Under the pieces are notes generated by a model. It saw only the letters and a program-made list of their open reading frames with translations, did no database searches and was not told the origin of the DNA. Positions 1-10,776 of a stretch of DNA of 64,000 nt are shown here, piece by piece; position 1 is the stretch's first letter, and each line of letters opens with the position of its first letter. Position numbers and translations under genes: made by a program. The DNA comes from an uncultured Clostridia bacterium (GTDB taxonomy: Bacteria > Bacillota > Clostridia > Christensenellales > UBA1242). Location: assembly GCA_937992055.1 (NCBI GenBank), contig CALKLQ010000004.1:9136-73135 (forward strand). Direction: 5' to 3'.

Positions 1-219
1 AAGATACCAAGAAAAAATCTTGTTGGCGGTTTGGACAGAACTTTAGGTATTGTTGTTGGGGCTGTTAAAGGGCTTATTGCAATTAGTATTATTTTGATTT
101 TGTTTGATGTCATTTGTATGATTCCTTCTGTGAGTGAAAAGGTGATGCCTTTCGTGGAATCTTCCTATCTTGCCAAACCGCTTTTAGATTTTGTCAATTC
201 CTATATTTTAAAATTTTAG
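1..219 (+). CDS. CvpA-family membrane protein, C-terminal part (5' end lies outside the window)
   Basis: Frame 1 is open from base 1. The stretch ..GGLDRTLGIVVGAVKGLIAISIILILF.. resembles the conserved CvpA GxLxRxLGxxxGxxKG motif followed by a TM helix. The TTG at 31 in the ORF track is probably internal. Confidence 0.55.
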   Translation, partial: KIPRKNLVGGLDRTLGIVVGAVKGLIAISIILILFDVICMIPSVSEKVMPFVESSYLAKPLLDFVNSYILKF

Positions 220-474
220 GTGGCGCAAATTTATTTATTTTTAGCGCATCTATATTTTTATCTTTTGGTTTAGAAATATCAATAAAAACATATAATAATT
301 ATTGTTTGTGAATGAGTTTAGATTTGTTTATTTAAATTATTATAATGAAAAATAAAATTTGGTTTTAATAAAATTGATTTATGTAATGTTTAATATTAAT
401 TTTTTATAAATGAATCTAACTGATTTTATAAGGATTTTATTTGCCAAATAACTGCTAAAAAATTAGTATTTCGT

Positions 475-502
475 TTGCAAAATTATAAAACTATGATATA
501 AT
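475..502 (+). promoter_or_regulatory. sigma-A-type promoter upstream of ftsH
   Basis: TTGCAA (475-480), 16-nt spacer, then extended -10 TGaTATAAT (494-502). It lies 30 nt upstream of the AGGAG RBS and TTG start of ftsH. Confidence 0.6.
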
Positions 503-532
503 GGTTTCACTTGTGTTAATAGGAGAATTAAG

Positions 533-2761
533 TTGAAAAAGTCTGGATTTAAATGGTCTTACATCTTTGTGGCACTTTTGGTTGTGCTCTGTTTAGTATT
601 TTTATTTAGTGATACGGGTGTAAGTGGAACAAAAATTTCTGCAGATACCGCAATTAACTATGTTAAAGAGGGCAAGGTTTCTGACTTTTATGCTAAAGAT
701 GGAATTGCCAAATTAAAAGTTAAGGAAAACTCACAGGTGGATGGTAACAGGTTCCCAGCAAAAGCTGACTACTATTTCAAATACACCTCTGTTACCATTG
801 AACTTATGATAGATGCAATAAATGAAAATAACAAACTTGCAGAAACCGATGATGCTTTAACTCACATAAAATGGGATTATGAACCAACTGAACCTTCAAT
901 TTTGGAGCAAATCGCCCCATTTTTGTATATTGGTTTGGGCCTTTTAGTGATATTTATTGTGTTTAAAATGCTTTCTTCCTCAAATAAGGGAGCAATGGCC
1001 TTTGGAAAGAGTAGGGCAAAGATTTCTACAAGTACTAAGGTTAGGTTTTCTGACATAGCTGGAGCAGATGAGGAAAAAGAGGAACTTAAAGAGATTGTTG
1101 AATTTTTGAAAAACCCTCAAAAGTTTACCGCGCTTGGAGCTAGAATTCCTAAAGGTGTGCTGTTGGTTGGACCTCCTGGAACGGGTAAGACTCTTTTAGC
1201 TAGGGCTGTTGCTGGTGAAAGCAATGTGCCTTTCCTTTCAATAAGCGGTTCCGACTTTGTTGAAATGTTTGTTGGTGTTGGTGCTTCTCGAGTTAGAGAT
1301 TTGTTTGAGGATGCTAAAAAGAGCATGCCTTGTATTGTGTTCATTGATGAAATTGATGCTGTTGGTCGTCAAAGAGGGGCTGGGCTTGGAGGCGGAAATG
1401 ATGAACGCGAACAAACCTTAAATCAATTGTTGGTTGAAATGGATGGCTTTGAAGCTAACGACGGAATAATTGTTTTGGCAGCAACTAATAGGAGTGATGT
1501 GTTGGACCCTGCTCTTTTAAGACCGGGAAGATTTGATAGACAAATTTATGTGCATGTTCCAGATGTTAAGGGCAGAGAGGGAATTATTAAAATTCACGCT
1601 CGTAATAAACCAATTGATGATGAGGTTGATTTTGAAACCCTGGCAAGAATTACCAGCGGTTTTACTGGCGCGGATATTGAAAACATGTTAAATGAAGCTG
1701 CAATTTTGGCAGCTAGGGCAAATCGTGCAAAAATAATCATGGAGGATTTGACAGAGGGTATTAATAAGGTTATTATGGGCCCTCAAAAGAAAAGCCGTGT
1801 TATTACAGAAAATGATAAGAAGATAACCGCATATCATGAATCTGGTCATGCGATTTTAGGAAAGCTTCTACCTTATTGTGAACCTATACAAGAGGTTTCG
1901 ATCATACCTCGTGGAAATGCTGCCGGATACACAATGTCTAGGCCAGATAATGATGACTCTCATAGAACTTTCAATCGTTTAAACGATGAAATAGCCATGA
2001 TTATGGGTGGACGAATTGCTGAAGAAATTATTTTTAAAGATGTTACCACAGGTGCCTCAAGTGACATTCAAAAAGCCACGGAAATTGCTAGAAAAATGGT
2101 TACTGATTGGGGAATGAGCAGTCTTGGTTTTATGGGATTCAATAATGAGGACCAACTCTTTATTGGAAGAGATTATCAAAGAAAGAACGATTACAGTGAA
2201 AAGATGGCTTCAGAAATTGACAATGAAGTTAAAAATATATTAGACTACAACTATAAAAGAGCTAAAGACCTGCTAAACAAAAATATTACGCTTTTGCACA
2301 ATATGTCTAACTTACTTCTTCAAAAAGAAACAATTTATCATGACGAAGTTGAACTTTTAATTGAGGGACGCGAAGTTGAAGAAATTGTGGAAATTATGGA
2401 CAAAAAAGAGGAAGAGCGAAAAAGAAAACAACAGGTTCAAAAGGAACAACAAAGCCTTGTTCTTAAGCTGGAAGAGCTTGAAAACAAGGTGAAGACGGGA
2501 GAAATGTTCCTTAAAAATGGAATTATTACTCAGGCTGATTTAGATGTTTTGATTAAAAAACGTGATGATTTTAAAGCTTCTATGCAAAATGCTAAAACTG
2601 AGAAAGATGAGGTAAAAAATCTTGATTTGAATGATGAATCTTTAAAGAATGAAAAAAAGCCTCGTACAAGAAAAAAATCTACTGAAGAAGTTGAAGACAA
2701 TAAATCTTCAAATAAAAAAACTAGGACAAAAAAGTCAAAAGATGAGGAGGAAGATGTATGA
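533..2761 (+). CDS. ftsH: ATP-dependent zinc metalloprotease FtsH with a long K/E-rich C-terminal extension
   Basis: Two N-terminal TM segments, Walker [12 protein letters not shown], Walker B IVFIDEID, and zinc protease motif HESGH ([10 protein letters not shown]). TTG start 8 nt after AGGAG. Confidence 0.97.
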   Translation: MKKSGFKWSYIFVALLVVLCLVFLFSDTGVSGTKISADTAINYVKEGKVSDFYAKDGIAKLKVKENSQVDGNRFPAKADYYFKYTSVTIELMIDAINENNKLAETDDALTHIKWDYEPTEPSILEQIAPFLYIGLGLLVIFIVFKMLSSSNKGAMAFGKSRAKISTSTKVRFSDIAGADEEKEELKEIVEFLKNPQKFTALGARIPKGVLLVGPPGTGKTLLARAVAGESNVPFLSISGSDFVEMFVGVGASRVRDLFEDAKKSMPCIVFIDEIDAVGRQRGAGLGGGNDEREQTLNQLLVEMDGFEANDGIIVLAATNRSDVLDPALLRPGRFDRQIYVHVPDVKGREGIIKIHARNKPIDDEVDFETLARITSGFTGADIENMLNEAAILAARANRAKIIMEDLTEGINKVIMGPQKKSRVITENDKKITAYHESGHAILGKLLPYCEPIQEVSIIPRGNAAGYTMSRPDNDDSHRTFNRLNDEIAMIMGGRIAEEIIFKDVTTGASSDIQKATEIARKMVTDWGMSSLGFMGFNNEDQLFIGRDYQRKNDYSEKMASEIDNEVKNILDYNYKRAKDLLNKNITLLHNMSNLLLQKETIYHDEVELLIEGREVEEIVEIMDKKEEERKRKQQVQKEQQSLVLKLEELENKVKTGEMFLKNGIITQADLDVLIKKRDDFKASMQNAKTEKDEVKNLDLNDESLKNEKKPRTRKKSTEEVEDNKSSNKKTRTKKSKDEEEDV

Positions 2762-3336
2762 AAAAGAAAATAATACTTTGGGTGTCTTTGGGTTTGGTTT
2801 TGCTTTTAGCACTAGCTGTTATTCTTCTTGCTGTGCTTAAAAAAGACTATTCTCCTGAATTTGATTTGTCGCCTAAAGCAATAACTATAACTGATAGTTC
2901 TTCAAAAAATTATTATAATTACTTTGCAAATGACAATGAAAATGAAAAGGTTATGTTTGAAAAACTTATTTCCCAGTATAATGATTCCATGAAGCAATCG
3001 ATTTTGGCTAGTATGTTTAGCGGACACCTTTCTAATAATGTTGAAATCAGTTTGAAATCTTCTGCACCAACACTTACAGGTTATAAAGTTACTCTTGACT
3101 TTAAGGCTGATATGACCCTTAAAAAGGATGGTAAAAACTTTGTTTATGGCACAGATTCTTCTAAAACAATTGTTTTTAGTGAGGTTATGTTTGCTATAGA
3201 CGAAACAAAAGGCTATCATGAATTTAACATCTATGCGATTGAGCATGTTGACACAAAGACTAATTATTATGAAATTACCACCCTTGCCAACACTTATGAG
3301 TTGTATCAAACTATATCCGGTTTAGATTTTAAATAG
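2758..3336 (+). CDS. membrane-anchored hypothetical protein, translationally coupled to ftsH
   Basis: ATGA start/stop overlap with ftsH. One N-terminal TM helix ([22 protein letters not shown]) followed by a soluble domain of about 160 aa. No family motif recognised. Confidence 0.6.
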   Translation: MKKKIILWVSLGLVLLLALAVILLAVLKKDYSPEFDLSPKAITITDSSSKNYYNYFANDNENEKVMFEKLISQYNDSMKQSILASMFSGHLSNNVEISLKSSAPTLTGYKVTLDFKADMTLKKDGKNFVYGTDSSKTIVFSEVMFAIDETKGYHEFNIYAIEHVDTKTNYYEITTLANTYELYQTISGLDFK

Positions 3337-3430
3337 TCAATGATTTTTAGCTTAAATTGTCTTTAATAACAATAACATAGCCAAAACTCACTAAGGAAAA
3401 ATGTGGTTATTTAAACAATAGGTTAACTAT

Positions 3431-3473
3431 AAAAGCCCTAAAACAGTCAATTTTCTGCTTTAGGGCTTTTTTC
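3431..3473 (+). terminator. rho-independent terminator after the ftsH operon
   Basis: aaaagccctaaa..loop..tttagggctttttt: perfect stem of about 10 bp followed by a T-run, 95 nt after the stop at 3336. The loop carries the acagtca box shared with repeat family 1. Confidence 0.75.
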
Positions 3474-3547
3474 TAGCTTTATCTCGATTTTTTCTTTTTA
3501 GTCTAATCAATTTGACTATACAAAAAGCATTGGTTACCGCTAATACT

Positions 3548-3690
3548 CAGACTAACACAAACGTCGCAAGCATAATTTTGCAGGCAATTTTTTTGCTATG
3601 TTACTGAAAAATGTCCCAAAACAGTCATTTAGGAAAAAACTTCTTTGTGTCATTTTTTGAGCCATGCCTCGTTCCTTTCTCTTCAGTATC
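3548..3690. repeat. intergenic repeat family 1, degenerate copy A
   Basis: Shares ordered blocks with 15111-15262: cagact..acaaacgtcg..ctgaaaaa.g.cc.aa.acagtcattta..cattttt.gagcc..cttcag. Confidence 0.55.
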
Positions 3691-3799
3691 TTTTTGTTAG
3701 ATTCTGCTAATGTTAAAAGCTTTAAAGCGGTATCAGGTTAATATGTTATTTTTTTATTTAATTCTTGGAAAGAAGATTTAATTGTGCTAAACTAAATTT

Positions 3800-6700
3800 A
3801 TGAAAAACAAAATTATTTTAGGTGACAATTTATATGAACTGGCAATTGAAGGTATTAACTGCATTGACACTGGTTCAAGTAAGGAAAACTTGATTATTGT
3901 TCCAGATAGGTTCTCCTTGCTGGCGGAGCTTTTGTTGTTTGATGTCAAAAAAATCTCTTGCACCTTTAATACTTTTGTTATGCCAATTTCCAAGTTTTGT
4001 GTTGCTCAGTTAAATAAAATTATGCCACTTGATATGGTGGATAGCCAAAAACAAAAGTTTTTAATACGTCGTGCTATAAATTTATGTAAAGATAAATTCA
4101 AGTGCTTTAAAAAGCTTTCTCCCGCATTTATTGATGAAATTTCAAAGACAATCTCGCAGCTTAAAAGTTGCAAGGTTACAAGCCGAGATTTGGTTATTAG
4201 CTCTAAAATTCTTGAAAATAAATTGCATGACTTTAACTTAATTTTTGAAAAATACGATGAGCTTTTGTCTGGAAAACTGGATAACAATGAGATTTTGAAT
4301 CTATTTTTGTCCAAAATTGATAATTTGAAGTTGGAAAACTATAACTTTTGTTTTGTTGGATTTGATGCCTTTACCAAGCAAATAAGTTTGATTGCTAAAG
4401 CCTTGATGGAACTAAATAATGTTGTTCTGAGCATTCCTTTTTCTAAAACTAAAAATGGCTTTTGTGAACTTGAAATGTATAACATGTTCAAAAGTGAGAT
4501 TGAAAGTGGAAAGATGGAGGTGATTTATGCAGGCAAATATTTGTCAGTTAATCAAAGGAAACTTTTGTCCAGTTTTAGTGGACAGGGCGAGGTGGATAGA
4601 GAATTTCTAAAAGTTGTTGAATGTGACGGGGTTGGCTCAGAGATTGACTTTGTACTAATGGATATTTGTGACAAAATTAGGCAGGGTTATAAATTTAATG
4701 ATTTGGCAATTGCATGTTCATCGCTTGAAAAATATGAACCCTTGCTTGAAAATCGACTTTGCGATTTTGAAATAAATTACTTTTTTGACTCTTCTAAAAA
4801 TATTACAAAAACCCCTCTTTTTAATTTTATTTTATCTTTTCTTAATATTTTTAAAGAAAATTGTTTGAAAGAGAATATTTTAGATTTTATTAAAAGCAGT
4901 TTTTTCAATCAAGATATGTTGAAAAAAACAAAAATGATTAATTTATTAAGTAAGTATCAACTATTTGAGGAGGGTTTTAATCAAAATCGCAAATTTTTAA
5001 ATTCTGATGATTTAAATCTTTTGCGTGATCTATTTGAACTTATTGATGAATTTAAAGACAAATTTTCTGCTTGTAAAATTGTGTTTGATTTTAATCAAGT
5101 TATAAGAGAGTTTTTGTTAAAGATGAATATTGAACAAAGACTTGAGGAAATTGTTTCAAATCTTAGTTCCCAAGGTGATTTAAAAAATCAAAAATTATTT
5201 GAGCAAATTTATGATAAAACAAACCATGTTTTACAAAATATTGATGATTTGGGTGGTGAAAAGTGCGACTTAAATGAATTTGTGGAAATTTTTGTCGATG
5301 GTTTTAGTGATGTTTTGCTTTCAACCGTTCCAATTTCAAATAATTGTGTTTATATAGGTGACTGTACGGACAGCTTTTTTAAAAATGTTAAGGTGTTGTA
5401 TGTTTTAGGTGCAACTAACAATGCTCTTCCAAAAATTATTAAAGATTGTGGTCTACTTTTAGATGATGACATTGATTTATTGAATACTAGGCTGGATATT
5501 TCCCCAACAATAAGAACAATTAACAAGAGAAATAGATTCAAACTTTTAAACACTCTACTATCTGCCACCGAAAAACTTGTTATTACCTATCCCATTTTTG
5601 AAGATGAGCAACAGCAAACACTTACATCGTTTATAGCAAATGTGTGTGATGGAAATGTTATGATTGAAAACTTAAATGACATCATGTTTGTTCCAGACAA
5701 AACAAATGCCTTGCAACACATTTTGTATACCTGTCCAAACAAAAGACTTTTAAAAGAAAAATTATTTTCAGAGTCTAAAACAAACAAACTAAGTGTGCTT
5801 TACCTAAGTTCTATATATCAAGCTATAAAAGGCGACGTGACAAATGAAGAACTAAAAAGGTTTAATTTTAAGAACAAAAAGCCACAAATTCAAAATGGAA
5901 AGCAATTATTTTTCAAAAATAATTTTACAAAAATTTCACAATTGGAAGATTACTTTTTATGTCCTTATAGACATTTTTTGAATTATGGACTAAATTTAAA
6001 GCAACTCCCAGAGGGTGTTGGAAATATTGAAATAGGAAACTTGTCGCACAAAGTTGCCCAGCTCTTTGCAAAAAATATTGATAATTTTAAAAGTGTTGAA
6101 GATTGTGAAAATTTTGTGGAAGCTTTGTTTCGTGAAAAAAAACTTGTGGAATTTATTCCTTTTTTGTTGTCTAAACAAAATGACATGCTTCTCATTTATC
6201 TTAAATATGAGCTTAAAAACTTTGTTAAAAGCATTTTCATTCAACAGCAATCTTCATCATTTAAATTACATGATTTGGAGAGCTTTGTAAAAGTGGAAAA
6301 ATATTTTAATAATGAAATAGGACTCAAGGGTGTTGTTGATAGAATAGACGAGTTTGAAGATCAATTCATTGTAATAGATTACAAGTCTTCAAACCTCAAT
6401 TTTAACGTTTCAAGCATATATTGTGGTGAAAAAATACAGGTTTTGGTGTATGCCGGTGTTCTTGAATATTTGAAAAATAAAAGTCCGGTTGGGGTTTTTT
6501 ATCTACCTATTAAAAAAGATGAGGGTGTTTCATTTCATAAGTTTGTTGGGTATTTTTTAAAAGATGAAAAAATTGCGCTGGCTTTAGACAACTCAGTAAA
6601 TTTTGAAAAGCCATCGAGTGAGTTTTTTAACCTTAAAATTTCAAAGAGCAAAAAAAATATCGAAAATGGAGAGGTGGTTTTGTCTAATACGCTTTCTTCA

Positions 6701-6919
6701 ACCTCCTACCTTGAGTCAATGATTGAGTATTCTAAAAAACTATGTGAAAAGGCGGTTATGGAAATCAAAAGTGGTTACATAGCTTGCTCGCCTTTAAAAA
6801 AGGCATGTGCTTTTTGTGAGTTCAAGGGGGCTTGCGATTTTAATAGTAATGCTGGCAACAAACAAAGAACAATAAATTTTGATTTAAAAGATTTTTTTGA
6901 GGAGGTGGGAAATGAGTAA
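3800..6919 (+). CDS. addB: helicase-nuclease complex subunit B (AddB/RexB type)
   Basis: PD-(D/E)xK nuclease motif VVDRIDEF..FIVIDYKSS. Cysteine cluster CPYRHF ... CSPLKKACAFCEFKGAC as in AddB iron-sulfur nuclease domains. Overlaps the downstream addA. Confidence 0.85.
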   Translation: MKNKIILGDNLYELAIEGINCIDTGSSKENLIIVPDRFSLLAELLLFDVKKISCTFNTFVMPISKFCVAQLNKIMPLDMVDSQKQKFLIRRAINLCKDKFKCFKKLSPAFIDEISKTISQLKSCKVTSRDLVISSKILENKLHDFNLIFEKYDELLSGKLDNNEILNLFLSKIDNLKLENYNFCFVGFDAFTKQISLIAKALMELNNVVLSIPFSKTKNGFCELEMYNMFKSEIESGKMEVIYAGKYLSVNQRKLLSSFSGQGEVDREFLKVVECDGVGSEIDFVLMDICDKIRQGYKFNDLAIACSSLEKYEPLLENRLCDFEINYFFDSSKNITKTPLFNFILSFLNIFKENCLKENILDFIKSSFFNQDMLKKTKMINLLSKYQLFEEGFNQNRKFLNSDDLNLLRDLFELIDEFKDKFSACKIVFDFNQVIREFLLKMNIEQRLEEIVSNLSSQGDLKNQKLFEQIYDKTNHVLQNIDDLGGEKCDLNEFVEIFVDGFSDVLLSTVPISNNCVYIGDCTDSFFKNVKVLYVLGATNNALPKIIKDCGLLLDDDIDLLNTRLDISPTIRTINKRNRFKLLNTLLSATEKLVITYPIFEDEQQQTLTSFIANVCDGNVMIENLNDIMFVPDKTNALQHILYTCPNKRLLKEKLFSESKTNKLSVLYLSSIYQAIKGDVTNEELKRFNFKNKKPQIQNGKQLFFKNNFTKISQLEDYFLCPYRHFLNYGLNLKQLPEGVGNIEIGNLSHKVAQLFAKNIDNFKSVEDCENFVEALFREKKLVEFIPFLLSKQNDMLLIYLKYELKNFVKSIFIQQQSSSFKLHDLESFVKVEKYFNNEIGLKGVVDRIDEFEDQFIVIDYKSSNLNFNVSSIYCGEKIQVLVYAGVLEYLKNKSPVGVFYLPIKKDEGVSFHKFVGYFLKDEKIALALDNSVNFEKPSSEFFNLKISKSKKNIENGEVVLSNTLSSTSYLESMIEYSKKLCEKAVMEIKSGYIACSPLKKACAFCEFKGACDFNSNAGNKQRTINFDLKDFFEEVGNE

Positions 6920-9900
6920 GTTGAATTTTCTGCCACAGCAGGAAAAGATTATCTCTTTAAGAGATAAAAATATGATTGTGTCTGCATCTGCCGGAAGTGG
7001 AAAGACTACAATCATGATAGAAAAAATTGTTAGACTTCTACTAGACGGACAAGCCTCTTTAGATTCTATTTTGGTTTTGACATATACCAAGTCTGCCGCA
7101 TCAGATATGAAGGCAAAGCTTGAAAAAAGCCTAAAAGAGGCAGATGTTTCACAAGAGGTTTTGGATAAGCTTGATAATTGTGACATTTCCACAATCCATA
7201 GCTTTTGTCAAAAGCAATTAAAACGTTTTTTTAGTTTTTCTAATTTAGATTTTGCATTTGATATTGTGGATGATAGCAATAAGGTCATTTTAAAAGAAAG
7301 GGCATTAAAGCAAACTTTGGAGCAATTTAAAAGTAGCCAACCTCAAAAGTTTTTTGAACTATTAAAACTTTTTAACAATGGAAGAAGTGAGGCTGCAATT
7401 AAAAAGCTGGTTTATGCAATAGAAGAGTTTTTATCTTCAATAGTAGACAAGGAAAAAGAGAGAAAGATAGATGCTTTCAATGTTTATAACGACATACATA
7501 AAGACCTTCAAGTTTTAAATGGTTATTTTGTTGAAACTGCAAATATGTTTAAGTTGAGGTTTGAAGGTTTTGCCAAACAATGTGAAAAAGTAGACGCTCT
7601 TTCCTATGTTTCAATTTGCAACCAGATTATCTCATTATTAGAAAATATTTCAATTAATTTTGACTATTTTCAGAATTTGAACAACATTTATTCAATATCT
7701 TTGCCAGTTTTAAAAAAGGTGGAAGGTTTGGAAGATTTAACCCAAAAAATTTCAAAGGAAAAATCTTCGCTTTCAAAATTTTTAAGCGAGGCAAAATCTT
7801 TGGACTTTACCGAACTTGACAAAGTTGAGGAATCATTTTCCAAATGCCGTGAATATTTGACCTTTTTGCTTGAAATTGAGGAAGATTACGAAAGACGATA
7901 TGAAAACTTGAAACAGGAACAAAATCTTTTAGATTTTTCAGATTTAGAAATTCAAATGCTTAAACTTCTTAAAAATCCAGAGGTTGCAACTGCGCTTAAA
8001 GAAAAATACAAATATATTTTTGTCGATGAATTTCAAGATGCCAATAACACCCAGGAACAGCTTATCAGTGCACTGAGTGGACAAAATAATAGATTTATGG
8101 TTGGTGACGTTAAGCAAAGCATTTATGGATTCAGGCGTTCTAAACCTGAAATATTTTTGGAAAAAGAGAGGGAATATGTTCAAAGAGAGGATAGTGAAGC
8201 CCTCGAACTAAATGTGAACTTTAGAAGTGACAAAAATATTTTACAATTTGTCAATTCAGTTTTTAGTGTGATAATGACTAAGGATACTTGTGGGATAGAC
8301 TATAAACAGAAATCAGAATTTATCCCATTTGTGAGTCTTAATAATAAAGATGTCCCTCATGTTAAAATTTTAATTGCAAACAAACAGGAAAAGATATCAC
8401 AAAAACCGGCTGACAAGGTCTATAGCGTTAAAGAACACATAGAAGAGGAGGATGAATTTTCATATGCAACCACTGAGGCAGATTTAGTTGCTCAAGAAAT
8501 ATTAAATCTTTATGACAAAGAGATGGAAATTAATGGGGAAGTTAAAAAGATAGGCTTTTCAGATATTTCCATTTTAGTTAGAAAAAGAGGGGACTATTTT
8601 GAAAAATTTTGTTCCAGATTAATAGAACTTGGGGTTCCAATCTATGCCTCATCAAATCAAAATCTGTTGGATGAAAATGAGGTTAAAAAACTTGTTGCTC
8701 TTTTAAAGTTAGCCCTCAATTTTGAGGATGAATATTCTCTTGTAACCGTCATGCTTTCATCTTTTGGTGATTTTGATGAATGCCAGCTTGCCAAGATAAA
8801 AACTTTAGGCGAAAAAGAAAGCTTTTGCGAGTGTCTTTTTGAGGTTATGAAAAAAGAGGATGATTTTGCACAAAAAACAAGAGATTTTGTTCAAAAGATA
8901 AATAAATTTGTAGAAAATATAGAGTTGTTTGGCGCCTTTCATGCTTTAAATCAAATTTTGAGAGAGTGTAATGTCAGAACCAAACTATCCTGTTTGGTTG
9001 ATGGTGAAAACAAACTTTCATGCATAGATAAGTTTTTATCCATTGTAGGTTCAAGTGGGTTGGACTTTAATCTTGCAAAATTAATTGAATTTTTTGAACT
9101 TGAAAATGGAGCGGTTAAGGCACCAGACTTTTTTGTGGGTGAAACAGATTGTGTTAACATAACTACCATACATGCAAGCAAGGGATTAGAATATCCTATC
9201 GTTTTTTTGGTTGATGCGGGAAACAATTTTATGAAAAGTGTCAGTGGTGGGGACCTAGAAATAAATGAAAAACTTGGCATTGCTTTAAAAATTAATTCTG
9301 ATGATAAATACTCTAATTTGGCCACCATGGCAATAAAACTAAAAAACCAGAGTGAGGAGTTTGCGGAAAGACTCAGGCTTTTGTATGTGGGAATGACCAG
9401 AGCTAAAAACAGTCTGTTTATCTTTGGTTCCTCGCCGCTTAATGGGTTTTCAAAAATAAATAGTAGCTTAGATGTGTTATCTCAAAAAAGTTATCTTTCT
9501 TTGATTGTTGGAAGTTTAGATAAAAATCAAATAGAAAAAATAGCAAATGGAGAAAGTTTTGAAACAGAGCTTTTTCAACTGTTTTGTTTTGACAATGTTG
9601 AAAGGCAAAAGCCTGTTAGTAATAATTTTGTAGCTTTTGGAAAATATGATGATGATTTGGTTAAAAAAATAGAGCATAATCTTGGTTTTGTGGGTGATTT
9701 TAACAAACTTCCTATAGCATTAAAAAACTCGGTTTCAACTCTTGTTTCAATGGAAAATGACTATGTTGTGTTGGAGCCAAAAAAATTTACTATTAATGAG
9801 CAATCGATTTCTTCCCATACCGCTGAAATTGGAACCCTTTATCATAATGCATTGGAAATTTTGGATTTTAATAAAATAGAATCACTTGAAGATGTTGAAA

Positions 9901-10274
9901 AGTCTTTGGGAAACCAGTTTTCTTGTTTAGATTTTAATAAGCTCTATAATTGTTGCATAAAGCTAAAAAATCTTTTTAATAAACAAGAGGTTTTTAAAGA
10001 AAAAAAATTCATTATGCGACTGGCGTATGATGAGGTGGTAGAAAGCGAGAAAAAAGATGATATAGTTGTGCAAGGAATGATTGATTGTTTTAGTAAAAGT
10101 GGAATTTTGGTCGATTATAAATACACCAAATTAAATGCAGATGGTATTAGACAAAGATATTGTAAGCAACTAGAACTTTATAAAAAAGCTTTAGAATTAG
10201 GATATGATTTAAAAAATGTTAAATGCTATATTCTCAAGATTGACAATGCTGAACTGATAGAGATTAATTTGTAG
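6912..10274 (+). CDS. addA: ATP-dependent helicase/nuclease subunit A
   Basis: UvrD-type Walker A SASAGSGKTT, DEFQD, TIHASKGLEYP, and C-terminal RecB-type nuclease GMIDCF..VDYKYTK. ATG at 6912 is preceded by GAGGAGG, so the ORF-track TTG at 6897 is less likely. Confidence 0.92.
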   Translation: MSKLNFLPQQEKIISLRDKNMIVSASAGSGKTTIMIEKIVRLLLDGQASLDSILVLTYTKSAASDMKAKLEKSLKEADVSQEVLDKLDNCDISTIHSFCQKQLKRFFSFSNLDFAFDIVDDSNKVILKERALKQTLEQFKSSQPQKFFELLKLFNNGRSEAAIKKLVYAIEEFLSSIVDKEKERKIDAFNVYNDIHKDLQVLNGYFVETANMFKLRFEGFAKQCEKVDALSYVSICNQIISLLENISINFDYFQNLNNIYSISLPVLKKVEGLEDLTQKISKEKSSLSKFLSEAKSLDFTELDKVEESFSKCREYLTFLLEIEEDYERRYENLKQEQNLLDFSDLEIQMLKLLKNPEVATALKEKYKYIFVDEFQDANNTQEQLISALSGQNNRFMVGDVKQSIYGFRRSKPEIFLEKEREYVQREDSEALELNVNFRSDKNILQFVNSVFSVIMTKDTCGIDYKQKSEFIPFVSLNNKDVPHVKILIANKQEKISQKPADKVYSVKEHIEEEDEFSYATTEADLVAQEILNLYDKEMEINGEVKKIGFSDISILVRKRGDYFEKFCSRLIELGVPIYASSNQNLLDENEVKKLVALLKLALNFEDEYSLVTVMLSSFGDFDECQLAKIKTLGEKESFCECLFEVMKKEDDFAQKTRDFVQKINKFVENIELFGAFHALNQILRECNVRTKLSCLVDGENKLSCIDKFLSIVGSSGLDFNLAKLIEFFELENGAVKAPDFFVGETDCVNITTIHASKGLEYPIVFLVDAGNNFMKSVSGGDLEINEKLGIALKINSDDKYSNLATMAIKLKNQSEEFAERLRLLYVGMTRAKNSLFIFGSSPLNGFSKINSSLDVLSQKSYLSLIVGSLDKNQIEKIANGESFETELFQLFCFDNVERQKPVSNNFVAFGKYDDDLVKKIEHNLGFVGDFNKLPIALKNSVSTLVSMENDYVVLEPKKFTINEQSISSHTAEIGTLYHNALEILDFNKIESLEDVEKSLGNQFSCLDFNKLYNCCIKLKNLFNKQEVFKEKKFIMRLAYDEVVESEKKDDIVVQGMIDCFSKSGILVDYKYTKLNADGIRQRYCKQLELYKKALELGYDLKNVKCYILKIDNAELIEINL

Positions 10275-10431
10275 TTTTTTTATAATTTAGGCTATTTTAT
10301 TGAACACTCTGAATGTTTAAGAAAAGAATATTGTTGACAAGCATTGAAGCTAATTGAAAATTAAAAATCTTAATTGAAGGGACAAAAGTTGGCAATACTT
10401 ATAAAATCAAAAGAAAAATATTTAAAAAAAC

Positions 10432-10447
10432 TGCTAATATCTTAGCA
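10432..10447. promoter_or_regulatory. perfect 16-bp palindrome, candidate operator of the downstream XRE regulator
   Basis: TGCTAATATCTTAGCA lies 44 nt upstream of the ATG at 10491. Confidence 0.45.
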
Positions 10448-10490
10448 AATAATTGATTTTTTTATATAAAAGTACTAAAATATTATCGAT

Positions 10491-10775
10491 ATGAAAGGTA
10501 AATTTGATATAAGTGAGTTTGTTTCAGTACAGACCCAGCAAAAAGTGTTGGAAAATCTTGTTAATCGTTTTAAAAAAAGAAGAAAAGAAAGTAAAATCTC
10601 GCAAAAAGAGCTGGCAACAAAATCTGGTGTGAGTTATGGTTCAATACGCAGATTTGAAGGTAGCGGTGAAATATCTCTTTCTTCACTTTTGAAACTTGCA
10701 AATGCTTTAAATAGCTTGCAAGATTTTAATGAGCTGTTTAAAAACAAAATTATAAAAAATTTAAAGGATCTATGA
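10491..10775 (+). CDS. XRE-family HTH protein (HipB/y4mF-like antitoxin-type regulator)
   Basis: HTH_3 core SQKELATKSGVSYGSIRRFEGSGEISLSSLLKLANAL with an N-terminal extension of about 30 aa. Confidence 0.75.
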   Translation: MKGKFDISEFVSVQTQQKVLENLVNRFKKRRKESKISQKELATKSGVSYGSIRRFEGSGEISLSSLLKLANALNSLQDFNELFKNKIIKNLKDL

Positions 10776-10776
10776 T

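Noticed and set aside
1117-1344. Antisense ORFs inside strong genes. Examples are 1117-1344 in ftsH, 2902-3309, 4006-4314, 5350-6250 and 8951-9328 in addBA, 29460-31760 in dnaE, 38676-39499 in comEC, 42606-43155 in the germinant receptor A-subunit gene, 49618-50257 in gltX, 55687-56640 in glyQS and 58085-59845 in the LRR gene.
   Set aside because: Each lies opposite a gene with unambiguous family motifs, lacks an RBS and has low-complexity composition. They are typical shadow ORFs.
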